In this document: piece after piece, positions 8,727 to 16,993 of the stretch
How the letters are laid out: the number at the start of each line of letters is the position of its first letter
Numbering within the stretch: position 1 is the stretch's first letter
Program-made: the position numbers and the translations under genes
Notes under the pieces: model-generated
Database searches by the model: none
Told to the model about the DNA's origin: nothing
The model's input: only the letters and a program-made list of their open reading frames with translations
DNA from: Polyangiales bacterium
Lineage (GTDB): Bacteria > Myxococcota_A > Polyangia > Polyangiales > Polyangiaceae
Direction of reading: 5' to 3'
Assembly: GCA_038230375.1 (NCBI GenBank)
Contig: JBBRNJ010000011.1
Coordinates: 32,001-96,000 of the forward strand
Length of the DNA: 64,000 nucleotides

Positions 8727-9962
8727 ATGGCTGAAGTAACACGTCACATTGGGCTGTCTCTGGGTGCCGACATCTGTTGGCCGCTGTGCTTCGAGCACAT
8801 GATGAAGCGGCTCGACCTCTCCATTCCGTTCGAGGGCGACACGCTGCGCTTCGACGTGGAGCGCGTCACGATCGAGCCCTTCGATCTGAAGCAGCCCGTC
8901 AAGTACGACGTGGTCGTGGACAGGCTCACGCACTGGTACCACACGAGCCGCGAGTGGATAAAAAAGTCCATCGTGATGAACGACCTCTACGTGTTCAACA
9001 ACCCGTGGAGCGTCCAGTCGAACGAGAAGCACACCAGCTACGCAGCCATGATGCAGCTGGGTATGCCCATCCCGGAGACGTGGATGGTGCCGCCGAAGAG
9101 CTACGATCCGAACCCGGATCTCAAGCCGACGCTCTCGCGCTACGCGAAGCTCTTCGACGTTGCGCTGATCGGCAAGGAGATCGGCTACCCGATGTTCATG
9201 AAGCCGTACGACGGCGGCGGCTGGCGCGCAGTGACGCGCGTGAAGAACGCGGAAGAGGCAAAAAAAGCCTACGAGGACAGCGGCACGTCCGTGATGCACG
9301 TGCAGGCGTCGGTCGAGGGGTACGACAAGTTCGTGCGCTGCATCGGCTTTGGCCCGCAGACGCGCTGTGTGCTCTACAACCCCGATGCGCCGCTGCACGA
9401 CAGGTACACGCGCGAGCGCAACTTCATCAGCCAGGCGGACGAGGAGCACCTGCGCAAGGTCACGCTCACCATCAATGCGTTCTTCGGCTGGGAGTTCAAT
9501 TCGTGCGAGTCGCTCCGCAAGAACGGCGTGTGGCACCCGATCGACTTCGCGAACCCGTGTCCGGACTCGCAGGTGACCTCGGTGCACTACCACTTCCCGT
9601 GGCTCGTCAAAGCGTACCTGCGCTGGTCGATCTTCTGCGCGGCCACCAAGCGCAAGATGCGCAAGACGCTCGACTGGGAGCCGTTCTACCTGATCGCGAA
9701 GACGGACATGTCGTACGAGGAGAAGCTCGACGCGTACGCGAAGATCGCCGACTTCCGCTTCGAGACGGCCCGGTTCGACGAGTTCTGCAAGCAGCACCTG
9801 TCGCACCTGGACGACGTGGCGAACGACTTCTTCGTCACGCCCGAGGCCAAGGATGCCGTGCGCCAGAAGGTGACAGCGCTGTTCCCGGCGCACGAGGTCG
9901 AGAAGTTCACGGAGCTGTTCTGGGGCCGCATCCAGGACTGGCGCGCACAAGGTTGTCCGTAG
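8727..9962 (+). CDS. ATP-grasp protein D (RimK/glutathione-synthetase-like, distinct from A-C)
   Basis: 411 aa; NNPW, LGMPIPET, YPMFMKPYDGGGW, IDFANPCPD. Confidence 0.85.
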   Translation: MAEVTRHIGLSLGADICWPLCFEHMMKRLDLSIPFEGDTLRFDVERVTIEPFDLKQPVKYDVVVDRLTHWYHTSREWIKKSIVMNDLYVFNNPWSVQSNEKHTSYAAMMQLGMPIPETWMVPPKSYDPNPDLKPTLSRYAKLFDVALIGKEIGYPMFMKPYDGGGWRAVTRVKNAEEAKKAYEDSGTSVMHVQASVEGYDKFVRCIGFGPQTRCVLYNPDAPLHDRYTRERNFISQADEEHLRKVTLTINAFFGWEFNSCESLRKNGVWHPIDFANPCPDSQVTSVHYHFPWLVKAYLRWSIFCAATKRKMRKTLDWEPFYLIAKTDMSYEEKLDAYAKIADFRFETARFDEFCKQHLSHLDDVANDFFVTPEAKDAVRQKVTALFPAHEVEKFTELFWGRIQDWRAQGCP

Positions 9963-10070
9963 AGTCGGGCCTCCGCCCGACTCCACTTGTTTGGTCACGT
10001 GAAACCCTCCGGGTTTCCTCATCGCTCCGCGATGAGCCTCCTTCCGATGCTTCGCAACGTGCTTCGCACG
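9962..10070 (+). repeat. Train of five GC-rich hairpins in an intergenic region; the first may be a terminator
   Basis: GAGTCGGGC-CTCC-GCCCGACTC (9962-9983), GAAACCC-TCC-GGGTTTC (10001-10017), CTCATCGC-TCC-GCGATGAG (10018-10036), TGC-TTC-GCA (10048-10056), CGTGC-TTC-GCACG (10058-10070). Confidence 0.7.
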
Positions 10071-10120
10071 CAGATCGAGCCGAGAACGACAGTAGGATGG
10101 GCTAGGAGAGTGGTGGTTCC

Positions 10121-10876
10121 ATGAAGACTCGTTGGTATTCGACCCGCACGCAGTGCGAGGTGACGCTGGCCCGCTGGGGCGAGGTCGGGCAGCCGGTGCT
10201 CATTTTTCCCACCGCCGCAGGTGACGCGGAGGAGGTGGAGCGCTTCCTCATGATCAAGGCGCTCACGCCGTTGCTCACCGAAGGCCGCATCAAGATCTAC
10301 TCGATCGACAGCGTCGGCGGTCGCGTGTGGTTCAACAAGGAGGGCAGCCCCGAGCACCGCATGTGGATGCAGAACCAGTTCCACCAGTACATCAAGCACG
10401 AGGTGGTGCCGGCCATTCGCAAGGACTGCAAGAACGACGACATCACCATCTGGGCGGCGGGCGCGTCGATCGGCGCGTTCCACTCGGCCGCGGTCGTCTG
10501 CCGCTTCCCTGACATGTTCTCGCGCGCGCTCGCCATGAGCGGCACCTTCAACTTGATGCGCTTCACGGAGGCGGAGCATCCCACCGACTATTTCCGTGTA
10601 TCTTCCCCGCTTTATTTCGTGCCGCACCTGGAAGGAAGGCACCTTGCGATGCTGCGCACGCGGCACATCCAGATGGTGACGGGCGAGGGGAAGTGGGAAA
10701 ACCTGGGCGAGAGCTTCGGCCTCGCCAACGTCCTTGGGCAGGCGGGTGTCCCGAACCACGTAGATTCCTGGGGCCCCACGTGGGACCATGACTGGGTCAC
10801 ATGGCGCGCAATGATGCCCAAGTACCTGGACCAGTGGACGCGGCCCGCTTCTTCCCTGAAGGGCGCGCGGAGATAG
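10121..10876 (+). CDS. Esterase-family alpha/beta-hydrolase
   Basis: 251 aa; VLIFPT, GASIG nucleophile, AMSG, HDW. Upstream AGGAG ribosome-binding site. Confidence 0.85.
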   Translation: MKTRWYSTRTQCEVTLARWGEVGQPVLIFPTAAGDAEEVERFLMIKALTPLLTEGRIKIYSIDSVGGRVWFNKEGSPEHRMWMQNQFHQYIKHEVVPAIRKDCKNDDITIWAAGASIGAFHSAAVVCRFPDMFSRALAMSGTFNLMRFTEAEHPTDYFRVSSPLYFVPHLEGRHLAMLRTRHIQMVTGEGKWENLGESFGLANVLGQAGVPNHVDSWGPTWDHDWVTWRAMMPKYLDQWTRPASSLKGARR

Positions 10877-10879
10877 CCC

Positions 10880-12880
10880 ATGCCTGAGACACGGGCACAC
10901 AAGCAGATCGAAGGCGGGCTCGAGGGGGCCGCGCGGCGTGACTTCATTCGCGCTCTCTTGCGCGACCTCGAGGCGTTCGAGCAGATGTCGAAGTCCGGCG
11001 CGTTCGAGCGCGGCGTGACGCGCATCGGTGCGGAGCAGGAGATCTTCCTCGTCAACAACACGTACCAGCCCGCGCCGGGCGCGCTGTCGCTCCTGGAGCG
11101 GCTGCAAGACAACCACTTCACGACGGAGCTCGGGCTCTTCAACCTGGAGATCAACGCGGACCCGCAGCCGCTCGCTGGCGGTGGACTCCGTGCGATGGAG
11201 CAGCAGCTCTCGGCGCTGTTCGACAAGGTGCGATCGAAGGCCAAGGAGATCGAGCTCATGCCGGTGATGGCCGGCATCCTTCCCACGATCGGCAAGACAG
11301 ACCTGGGGCTCGAGAACATGGTCCCCAGCCCGCGCTACCAGACGCTGAACCGCGTGATGAACGCCGCGCGCGGTGAGGCGTTCGATTTCTCCATCCGCGG
11401 GATCGACGAGCTCGTCGTCAAGCACGACTCCGTCATGGTGGAGTCTTGCAACGCGAGCTTCCAGGTCCACCTGCAGCTGAAGGAGCCGGAGAAGTTCGCG
11501 CACTACTACAACCTTGCGCAGCTACTCCTGGCGCCGGTGCTCGCCGCGGGCACGAACTCGCCGGTGCTGTTCGGGCGTCGTCTCTGGGCAGAGACGCGCA
11601 TCGCGCTCTTCGAGCAAGCCTGCGACATCCGCACGCCGGGACTGCACCTCCGCGACGAGCAGGGACGCGTGTCGTTCGGTCGCGGCTGGCTTCAGGGCAG
11701 CGCCGCGGATCTCTATCGCGAGAACATCGCGCGGTTCCGAGCGCTGGTCGGCACCGACGTCGACGAGGATCCGATCGAGGTGCTCAAGCAGGGCAGGAGC
11801 CCGGGGCTGAAGGCGCTCGCGCTCCACAACGGCACGATCTACCGCTGGAATCGCGCCTGTTACGGCATCAGCGAGAACGGCAAGCCGCACCTCCGCATCG
11901 AGCTGCGCGTCCTTCCGTCAGGACCCACCATCGCGGACGAGATGGCAAACGCCGCCATGTGGCTTGGCCTGATGGTGGAGCTGGGCGAGACCATCGGCGA
12001 CATCCCGCAGCGCATGCTGTTCGAGCACGCGCAGACAAACCTGTACGCCGCCGCGCGCGAAGGTCTGGGTGCGCGCTTCACCTGGTTCGACGGTGAAGAG
12101 GTGTACGCCGGTGAGCTCGTCGAGAAGCGGCTCTTGCCGCTCGCGCACAAGGGACTGCTCCGCGCCGGCGTGGAACCGAAGGACGCGGATCGCTACATTG
12201 GCATCCTCACGAAGCGCGTCGCAACGCAGCAGACCGGCTCGCGGTGGATGCTGCAGTCGCTCGAGGGCATGCGTCACAAGGGCACCATGGGCGGACGCCT
12301 CACCGCGCTCGTGGCCGGCATGATCACGCGTCAGCGCACGGACAAGGTCGTGAGCGAGTGGGAGAAGGCGGAGCTGGCGGAGAACGACAGCGCACGCACC
12401 GGTTATCAGAAGGTCTCGCAGTACATGTCGCAGGACTTCGTGACCGTACAGCCGGATGATCCCGTGGAGCTCGTTCGCGAGCTCATGGCGTGGGAGCACG
12501 TTCGCTACGTCGCCGTGGAGGACGACAAGGATCGGCTCGTCGGCCTCATCTCGCAGCGCGCGGTCAAGCGACACTACGATCAGCTGGCCGAGCAGGAAGC
12601 CGGCAATGGGCCGAGCAGCGCACCCTCGGTGTCGGCTGCGCACCTCATGCGCAGGAGCCCCGTCACCGTCACGCCGGACTCCTCCACGCTGGACGCCATC
12701 GAGCTGATGCGCAACCATCGGGTGGGCTGTCTTCCCGTGGTGCAGGACGGCCATATCGTTGCGGTCCTGACCGAAGACGACTTCATCGGGATCGTCGGCA
12801 AGATCATCGAGCAAGAGGCCGAGTCGCAGCAGCACATGAGCGCCCTCCTCGGAGACTCCGGAGACGACAACGATGATTGA
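10880..12880 (+). CDS. Glutamate-cysteine ligase family 2 (GCS2) protein fused to a C-terminal CBS pair
   Basis: IGAEQEIFLV, TELGLFNLEIN, SFQVHLQ, NSPVLFG, WNRACY, HLRIELRVLPSGPT. CBS repeats: VSQYMSQDFVTV and HLMRRSPVTV...VGCLPVV. Confidence 0.88.
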   Translation: MPETRAHKQIEGGLEGAARRDFIRALLRDLEAFEQMSKSGAFERGVTRIGAEQEIFLVNNTYQPAPGALSLLERLQDNHFTTELGLFNLEINADPQPLAGGGLRAMEQQLSALFDKVRSKAKEIELMPVMAGILPTIGKTDLGLENMVPSPRYQTLNRVMNAARGEAFDFSIRGIDELVVKHDSVMVESCNASFQVHLQLKEPEKFAHYYNLAQLLLAPVLAAGTNSPVLFGRRLWAETRIALFEQACDIRTPGLHLRDEQGRVSFGRGWLQGSAADLYRENIARFRALVGTDVDEDPIEVLKQGRSPGLKALALHNGTIYRWNRACYGISENGKPHLRIELRVLPSGPTIADEMANAAMWLGLMVELGETIGDIPQRMLFEHAQTNLYAAAREGLGARFTWFDGEEVYAGELVEKRLLPLAHKGLLRAGVEPKDADRYIGILTKRVATQQTGSRWMLQSLEGMRHKGTMGGRLTALVAGMITRQRTDKVVSEWEKAELAENDSARTGYQKVSQYMSQDFVTVQPDDPVELVRELMAWEHVRYVAVEDDKDRLVGLISQRAVKRHYDQLAEQEAGNGPSSAPSVSAAHLMRRSPVTVTPDSSTLDAIELMRNHRVGCLPVVQDGHIVAVLTEDDFIGIVGKIIEQEAESQQHMSALLGDSGDDNDD

Positions 12881-12889
12881 AGGCATGCA

Positions 12890-14095
12890 ATGAGTCCCAC
12901 TTCCAGTTCAGCCAAGAGCCCGTCAAACGACCCGACGAAGATGGAACGCGTTCAGAAGAGGCCCATCCTGGAGCGCCGGGAGGTCGGTCGCATCGTCTCG
13001 GAGGTGCCGGGGCCGTCGCTGATCGTCGTCGCGGGCATCCACGGCAACGAGGCCGCTGGCATCGAGGGTTCACGACGGGTGCTCGCGCGCCTGGAGCGCG
13101 GTGACATCGGGCTCCGCGGTGAGCTGCTGGTCCTGGGCGGCAACGTGGCGGCGCTGCAGAAGGGTGTTCGCTATCAGGCGAAGGACCTGAACCGCGTCTG
13201 GACCGAGGACCAGGTCCGCGCGCTGCGCAAGAAGCGCGAGCTCGACGCCGAGGATCGCGAGCAGCTCGATCTGCTCACCCAGGTGGAGGCGGCGATAGGT
13301 CGCGCGCGCGGTCGCGTGCACCTGGCGGACTTCCACACGTCCAGCGCGGAGGGGATTCCGTTCATCCTGTTCGGCGACACGTTGCCGCAGCGCAAGTTCG
13401 TCCGCGCGTTTCCGCTCCCCGTCGTCATCGGGCTCGAGGAGCAGGTCGACGGCGTGCAGTCCGCGTTCTGGACCAAACGCAACTGCGTCACGTTCGGATG
13501 CGAGGGCGGGCAGCACGACGACCCCGCGTCCGTCGACGCGCTGGAGGCAGTCCTCTGGATCGCGCTCCGTCAGGCGGGTGTGCTCCGGATGGGGCGCGGT
13601 GACAAGCTGCCGGAGCTCACCGCTGCGGAGAACCTGCTCGAGAAGCGGCGCGGCGCGCTGCCGCGCATGCTGGAGGTCGTGTCCAGGCACGAGATCTCGC
13701 CCGAGGACGAGTTCAAGATGGAGCCGGGCTTCAGCTGCCTCGACCACGCAGAGAACGGCCAGCTGCTCGCCCGTGATCGCAACGGAGAGATCCGCGCGCC
13801 AAGGGACGGCATGGTGATCCTGCCGCTCTACCAGGGCCTTGGCAGCGACGGCTTCTTCTGGGGCCGCGCGGTGACGGAGGCGCGGCTGCTCGCGTCCGAG
13901 GTGCTTCGACGGCTCGAGTTCGAGCGCGTGCTGCCGTTTCTCCCTGGCGTCTCTCGCTGCAAGGACGACTCGTCACGCCTGATCGTCAACACGAAGATCG
14001 CGCGGCTCTACCCGCTCGATGTGTTTCATTTCTTCGGGTACCGCCGCATCCGCGAGCGTGGCTCCGAGCTCACCGTCGAACGACAACCCGGCTGA
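12890..14095 (+). CDS. Succinylglutamate desuccinylase/aspartoacylase-family (M14-like) Zn deacylase
   Basis: AGIHGNE, DLNRVW, DFHTSS, EGGQH motifs. Confidence 0.88.
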   Translation: MSPTSSSAKSPSNDPTKMERVQKRPILERREVGRIVSEVPGPSLIVVAGIHGNEAAGIEGSRRVLARLERGDIGLRGELLVLGGNVAALQKGVRYQAKDLNRVWTEDQVRALRKKRELDAEDREQLDLLTQVEAAIGRARGRVHLADFHTSSAEGIPFILFGDTLPQRKFVRAFPLPVVIGLEEQVDGVQSAFWTKRNCVTFGCEGGQHDDPASVDALEAVLWIALRQAGVLRMGRGDKLPELTAAENLLEKRRGALPRMLEVVSRHEISPEDEFKMEPGFSCLDHAENGQLLARDRNGEIRAPRDGMVILPLYQGLGSDGFFWGRAVTEARLLASEVLRRLEFERVLPFLPGVSRCKDDSSRLIVNTKIARLYPLDVFHFFGYRRIRERGSELTVERQPG

Positions 14096-14099
14096 CCGC

Positions 14100-16448
14100 A
14101 TGGGTACCCCGCACGATCCGACGCTCCCCTCGTCTCAGGCCTATCCCTCGGATCCGGATGCGTCGGGCGACTTCATCGCGGGTGCGGTACGGCTCGTCGC
14201 AGGGCGGTACGAGATCATCGGCTTGCTCGGGATGGGCGGCATGGGCGCCGTCTATCGTGCGCGCGACCTGGAGCTGGGTGAGAACGTCGCGCTCAAGGTC
14301 ATCCGCCCCGAGTTCGCGAACGGCGCCGCAGCGCACGCGCGCTTCCGGCGCGAGGTGCGACTTGCACGAAGGGTCACGCACAAGAACGTCGCGCGCACGT
14401 ACGACCTGGGCGACGCCGACGGACATCGCTTCCTGACCATGGAGCTGGTGGAGGGCGCCACGCTCGGCGAGCTGCTCGAGAAGCGCGGCCAGCTCCAGAT
14501 CGATCGCGCCATCGAGATAGCGCTCGCCATGTGCGACGGGGTGGCTGCCGCGCACGACGCTGGCGTCATCCATCGCGATCTCAAGCCCGACAACGTGGTC
14601 ATCGCGAACGATGGTCGCGTGGTCGTCATGGACTTCGGCGTGGCGCGTGGCACGGAGGAGCGCGGAGAGCTGGGGCGCCTCATGGCCACTGGCACGCCGG
14701 CGTACATGGCGCCGGAGCAGGCCGAGAACGTCGCGAGCCTCGATGGTCGCGCGGACGAGTATGCCATCGGCGCGATCCTCTTCGAGATGCTGACCGGGCA
14801 GAAGCCGTTCCCCGGCAACACCATCGCATCGCTGGCGCAGCGCCTCATGCATGGCCCACCGAACCCGCGCACGCTACGGCCCGAGGTCTCGCCCGAGCTC
14901 GGCGCGCTCGTCGTGCGCTGCCTGGCGCGCGATCGGGAAGAGCGATATCCCGGCGTCGCGATCGCCGCCGAGCAGCTTCGTGCGGTGCCGGAGGCAAGAG
15001 GTCCGCTCGCCGTCCGTGCCCTGTCCACTGTGCCGCCGAAGATGACGCGCGACCCCGTGCTCCTCGCGGTGGTCCCGTTCGAGGCCGAGGACGAGGCCAG
15101 CATCGAGCACCTTGGCTTCGGCCTCTCCGACGGCCTGATCGACGCGCTCTCGTCCGTCACGGGCCTGCGCCTCTGCTCGCGCGGGGTGACTGCGCGCCTG
15201 ACCGGCACGCTTCCGGAGCTCCGCGAGCGAGCACGGCTACTGGGCGCACAGCTCCTGCTCACGGGGTCGCTGAAGACCCTCGGGAACGGGATCCGCATCA
15301 AGGTGAATCTCGCCACGGTGGAGGACGGGTTCTCCATCTACCGTCTGCGCCTCACGGGCGCGTCGTCCGACATTCCTACGTTCACGGAGCAGATCGCGAG
15401 CGGTCTAGCGCAGGCGTTGGGGCTCACGCCGCCGCGCTTCGAGCACGCGCTCTCGAACCCCGAGGCCCTGGATTTCTACCTCCGCGCGCGTCGCGAGTAC
15501 TTCCGCTACAGCCCATCTGCGATCGCGCGCGCGTGCGAGCTGTTCCGCATGGCGGTGGAGCGTGCGCCCGAGGACCCGGTCATCCTCAGCGCGTACGCGA
15601 TGGCCACCACCCGCCTCGCCGGCGTCGAGGTGCAGTACGCGGGGCCGCTGGAGATCGCGGAGGCGGCCGCGAGTCGTGCTTTCGCCATCGCACCGAACCG
15701 TGTCGAGTCGCGCGTGGCGCTCGCCACCGTGGCTCTTCACGCAGGCGACGCGCCCACGGCTGCCGAGCATGTGGCGCGCGCGCTCCGGATTGCCCCGAGC
15801 TCACCGGAGGCGTGCGCGATCGCCGCACGGTTGTTGCTCGAGGCAGGCGCCGTGAACGAGGGGCTCGCGCACCTGGATCTCGTACTGGCACTGGAGCCTC
15901 GCTACGGCGGCATGCGCTATCCGGGCGCGCGCGCGCTGGCCCTCACGGGGGACTGGTCCGAGTCGCAGCGCCTCTTGCTGGGGCCCGTGGATCGCGTCTC
16001 GCCGTTCAGCTACTGGCTCGACCGGCTTCGCATGTGCTTCTGGCGCATGGATCCCTCGTGGATGAACGGCGTCACCGCCGACATGTTCGCGGGGCTGGAG
16101 ACGCAGGAGCGCGTGGTGGCGCAGGAGTCGGTGGTGTGGCTGCGCGAGCATCGGGTGGTCCCGCGCCTGGTCGACATGTTCCGCGAGCTCGCGTACTCGC
16201 TCGGCGCGTCGCGTCGCACGAAGGCCTTCTATGCGCAGCTCACGGTGGAGGCTCGCTGCTACCTGGGTGGCATGCAGGACGAGGCGGCGTCAGCGCTCCT
16301 TCGCGCCGTGTCGGAAGGACTCTTCGACGAAGCATGGATCCGCTGCTGCCCTGTCCTTGAATCGATCCGCGATCGTCCCGAGGTCCGCGAGGCCCACGCC
16401 CTGGTAGCGCAACGAGCCGCCGGAGTGCGCGCCGCGCTGGGGGTCTAG
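14100..16448 (+). CDS. Hanks-type Ser/Thr protein kinase with TolB-N-like and TPR-like C-terminal region
   Basis: Start re-picked at ATG 14100. LGMGGMG, VALK, HRDLKPDN, DFG, GTPAYMAPE. C-terminal LAVVPF...GLSDGLIDALS and helical repeats. Confidence 0.92.
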   Translation: MGTPHDPTLPSSQAYPSDPDASGDFIAGAVRLVAGRYEIIGLLGMGGMGAVYRARDLELGENVALKVIRPEFANGAAAHARFRREVRLARRVTHKNVARTYDLGDADGHRFLTMELVEGATLGELLEKRGQLQIDRAIEIALAMCDGVAAAHDAGVIHRDLKPDNVVIANDGRVVVMDFGVARGTEERGELGRLMATGTPAYMAPEQAENVASLDGRADEYAIGAILFEMLTGQKPFPGNTIASLAQRLMHGPPNPRTLRPEVSPELGALVVRCLARDREERYPGVAIAAEQLRAVPEARGPLAVRALSTVPPKMTRDPVLLAVVPFEAEDEASIEHLGFGLSDGLIDALSSVTGLRLCSRGVTARLTGTLPELRERARLLGAQLLLTGSLKTLGNGIRIKVNLATVEDGFSIYRLRLTGASSDIPTFTEQIASGLAQALGLTPPRFEHALSNPEALDFYLRARREYFRYSPSAIARACELFRMAVERAPEDPVILSAYAMATTRLAGVEVQYAGPLEIAEAAASRAFAIAPNRVESRVALATVALHAGDAPTAAEHVARALRIAPSSPEACAIAARLLLEAGAVNEGLAHLDLVLALEPRYGGMRYPGARALALTGDWSESQRLLLGPVDRVSPFSYWLDRLRMCFWRMDPSWMNGVTADMFAGLETQERVVAQESVVWLREHRVVPRLVDMFRELAYSLGASRRTKAFYAQLTVEARCYLGGMQDEAASALLRAVSEGLFDEAWIRCCPVLESIRDRPEVREAHALVAQRAAGVRAALGV

Positions 16449-16482
16449 GAGCTCGACCCGATCAGGGCGGCTCTCCCTCACG

Positions 16483-16944
16483 TCAGGGTTGCTCCAGGGT
16501 GCCTTCGAGCGATGGCTGGCACTGCCCTCCGCGGCACTCGACGCCCATGGAGGCCCACTTGCATCTTGGATCGTCAGGGCAGGCGATGGTGACGGAGTCC
16601 ATCGCCGTCTTCCAGCGGGCTTCGGCCGGCGCGGGTGGAAATGGGCGTGCCACGGCGACGCTACCGCAGTTGCGGGCGCGCACCCACTCCGTGCAGTCGG
16701 CGGTGCTCGCGCAGGCCTTGTTCGCGGCCTTGGCGATCGCCTCCAGATCTTGAGAGCCAGCATCGCAGCGCTGCGCGTCGAGCTTCTTCTCCACCTTCGG
16801 AGGCCCCGCGTCGACAGCGACCGCGGTGGGGCCCGCGTCCGTGCCGTTGGCCTTGTTGTCGGGGCAGCCCGTGAGCAGCGATGGCGCAATGAGCAGCAGC
16901 GCGGGGGCGCCCCCGAAAAGCGCGGCGAAGGAGAAGTGCCTCAT
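16483..16944 (-). CDS. Small Cys-rich lipoprotein, function unknown
   Basis: Start re-picked at ATG 16944. Hydrophobic signal with LTGC lipobox, CxxxxDC...CRGGQC pattern, TAGACT -10 box 8 nt upstream. Confidence 0.7.
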   Translation of the reverse strand: MRHFSFAALFGGAPALLLIAPSLLTGCPDNKANGTDAGPTAVAVDAGPPKVEKKLDAQRCDAGSQDLEAIAKAANKACASTADCTEWVRARNCGSVAVARPFPPAPAEARWKTAMDSVTIACPDDPRCKWASMGVECRGGQCQPSLEGTLEQP

Positions 16945-16993
16945 GGGGGCAGAGTCTATGGGGATGAGGCGATTCTGGGTATAGTGCCGCCGC

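Noticed and set aside
7461..10022. 853-aa minus-strand ORF, and similar long antisense ORFs (529-1758, 10019-11503, 21431-22888, 40370-42040, 61140-63545)
   Set aside because: These are antisense shadows of well-supported genes. High GC3 bias suppresses stops on the opposite strand, and the translations have no motifs.
481..14095. RiPP (graspetide/microviridin-type) cluster
   Set aside because: No short precursor peptide with repeated core motifs and no exporter or leader peptidase were found. ATP-grasps A-C look like amino-acid ligases rather than macrocyclases.
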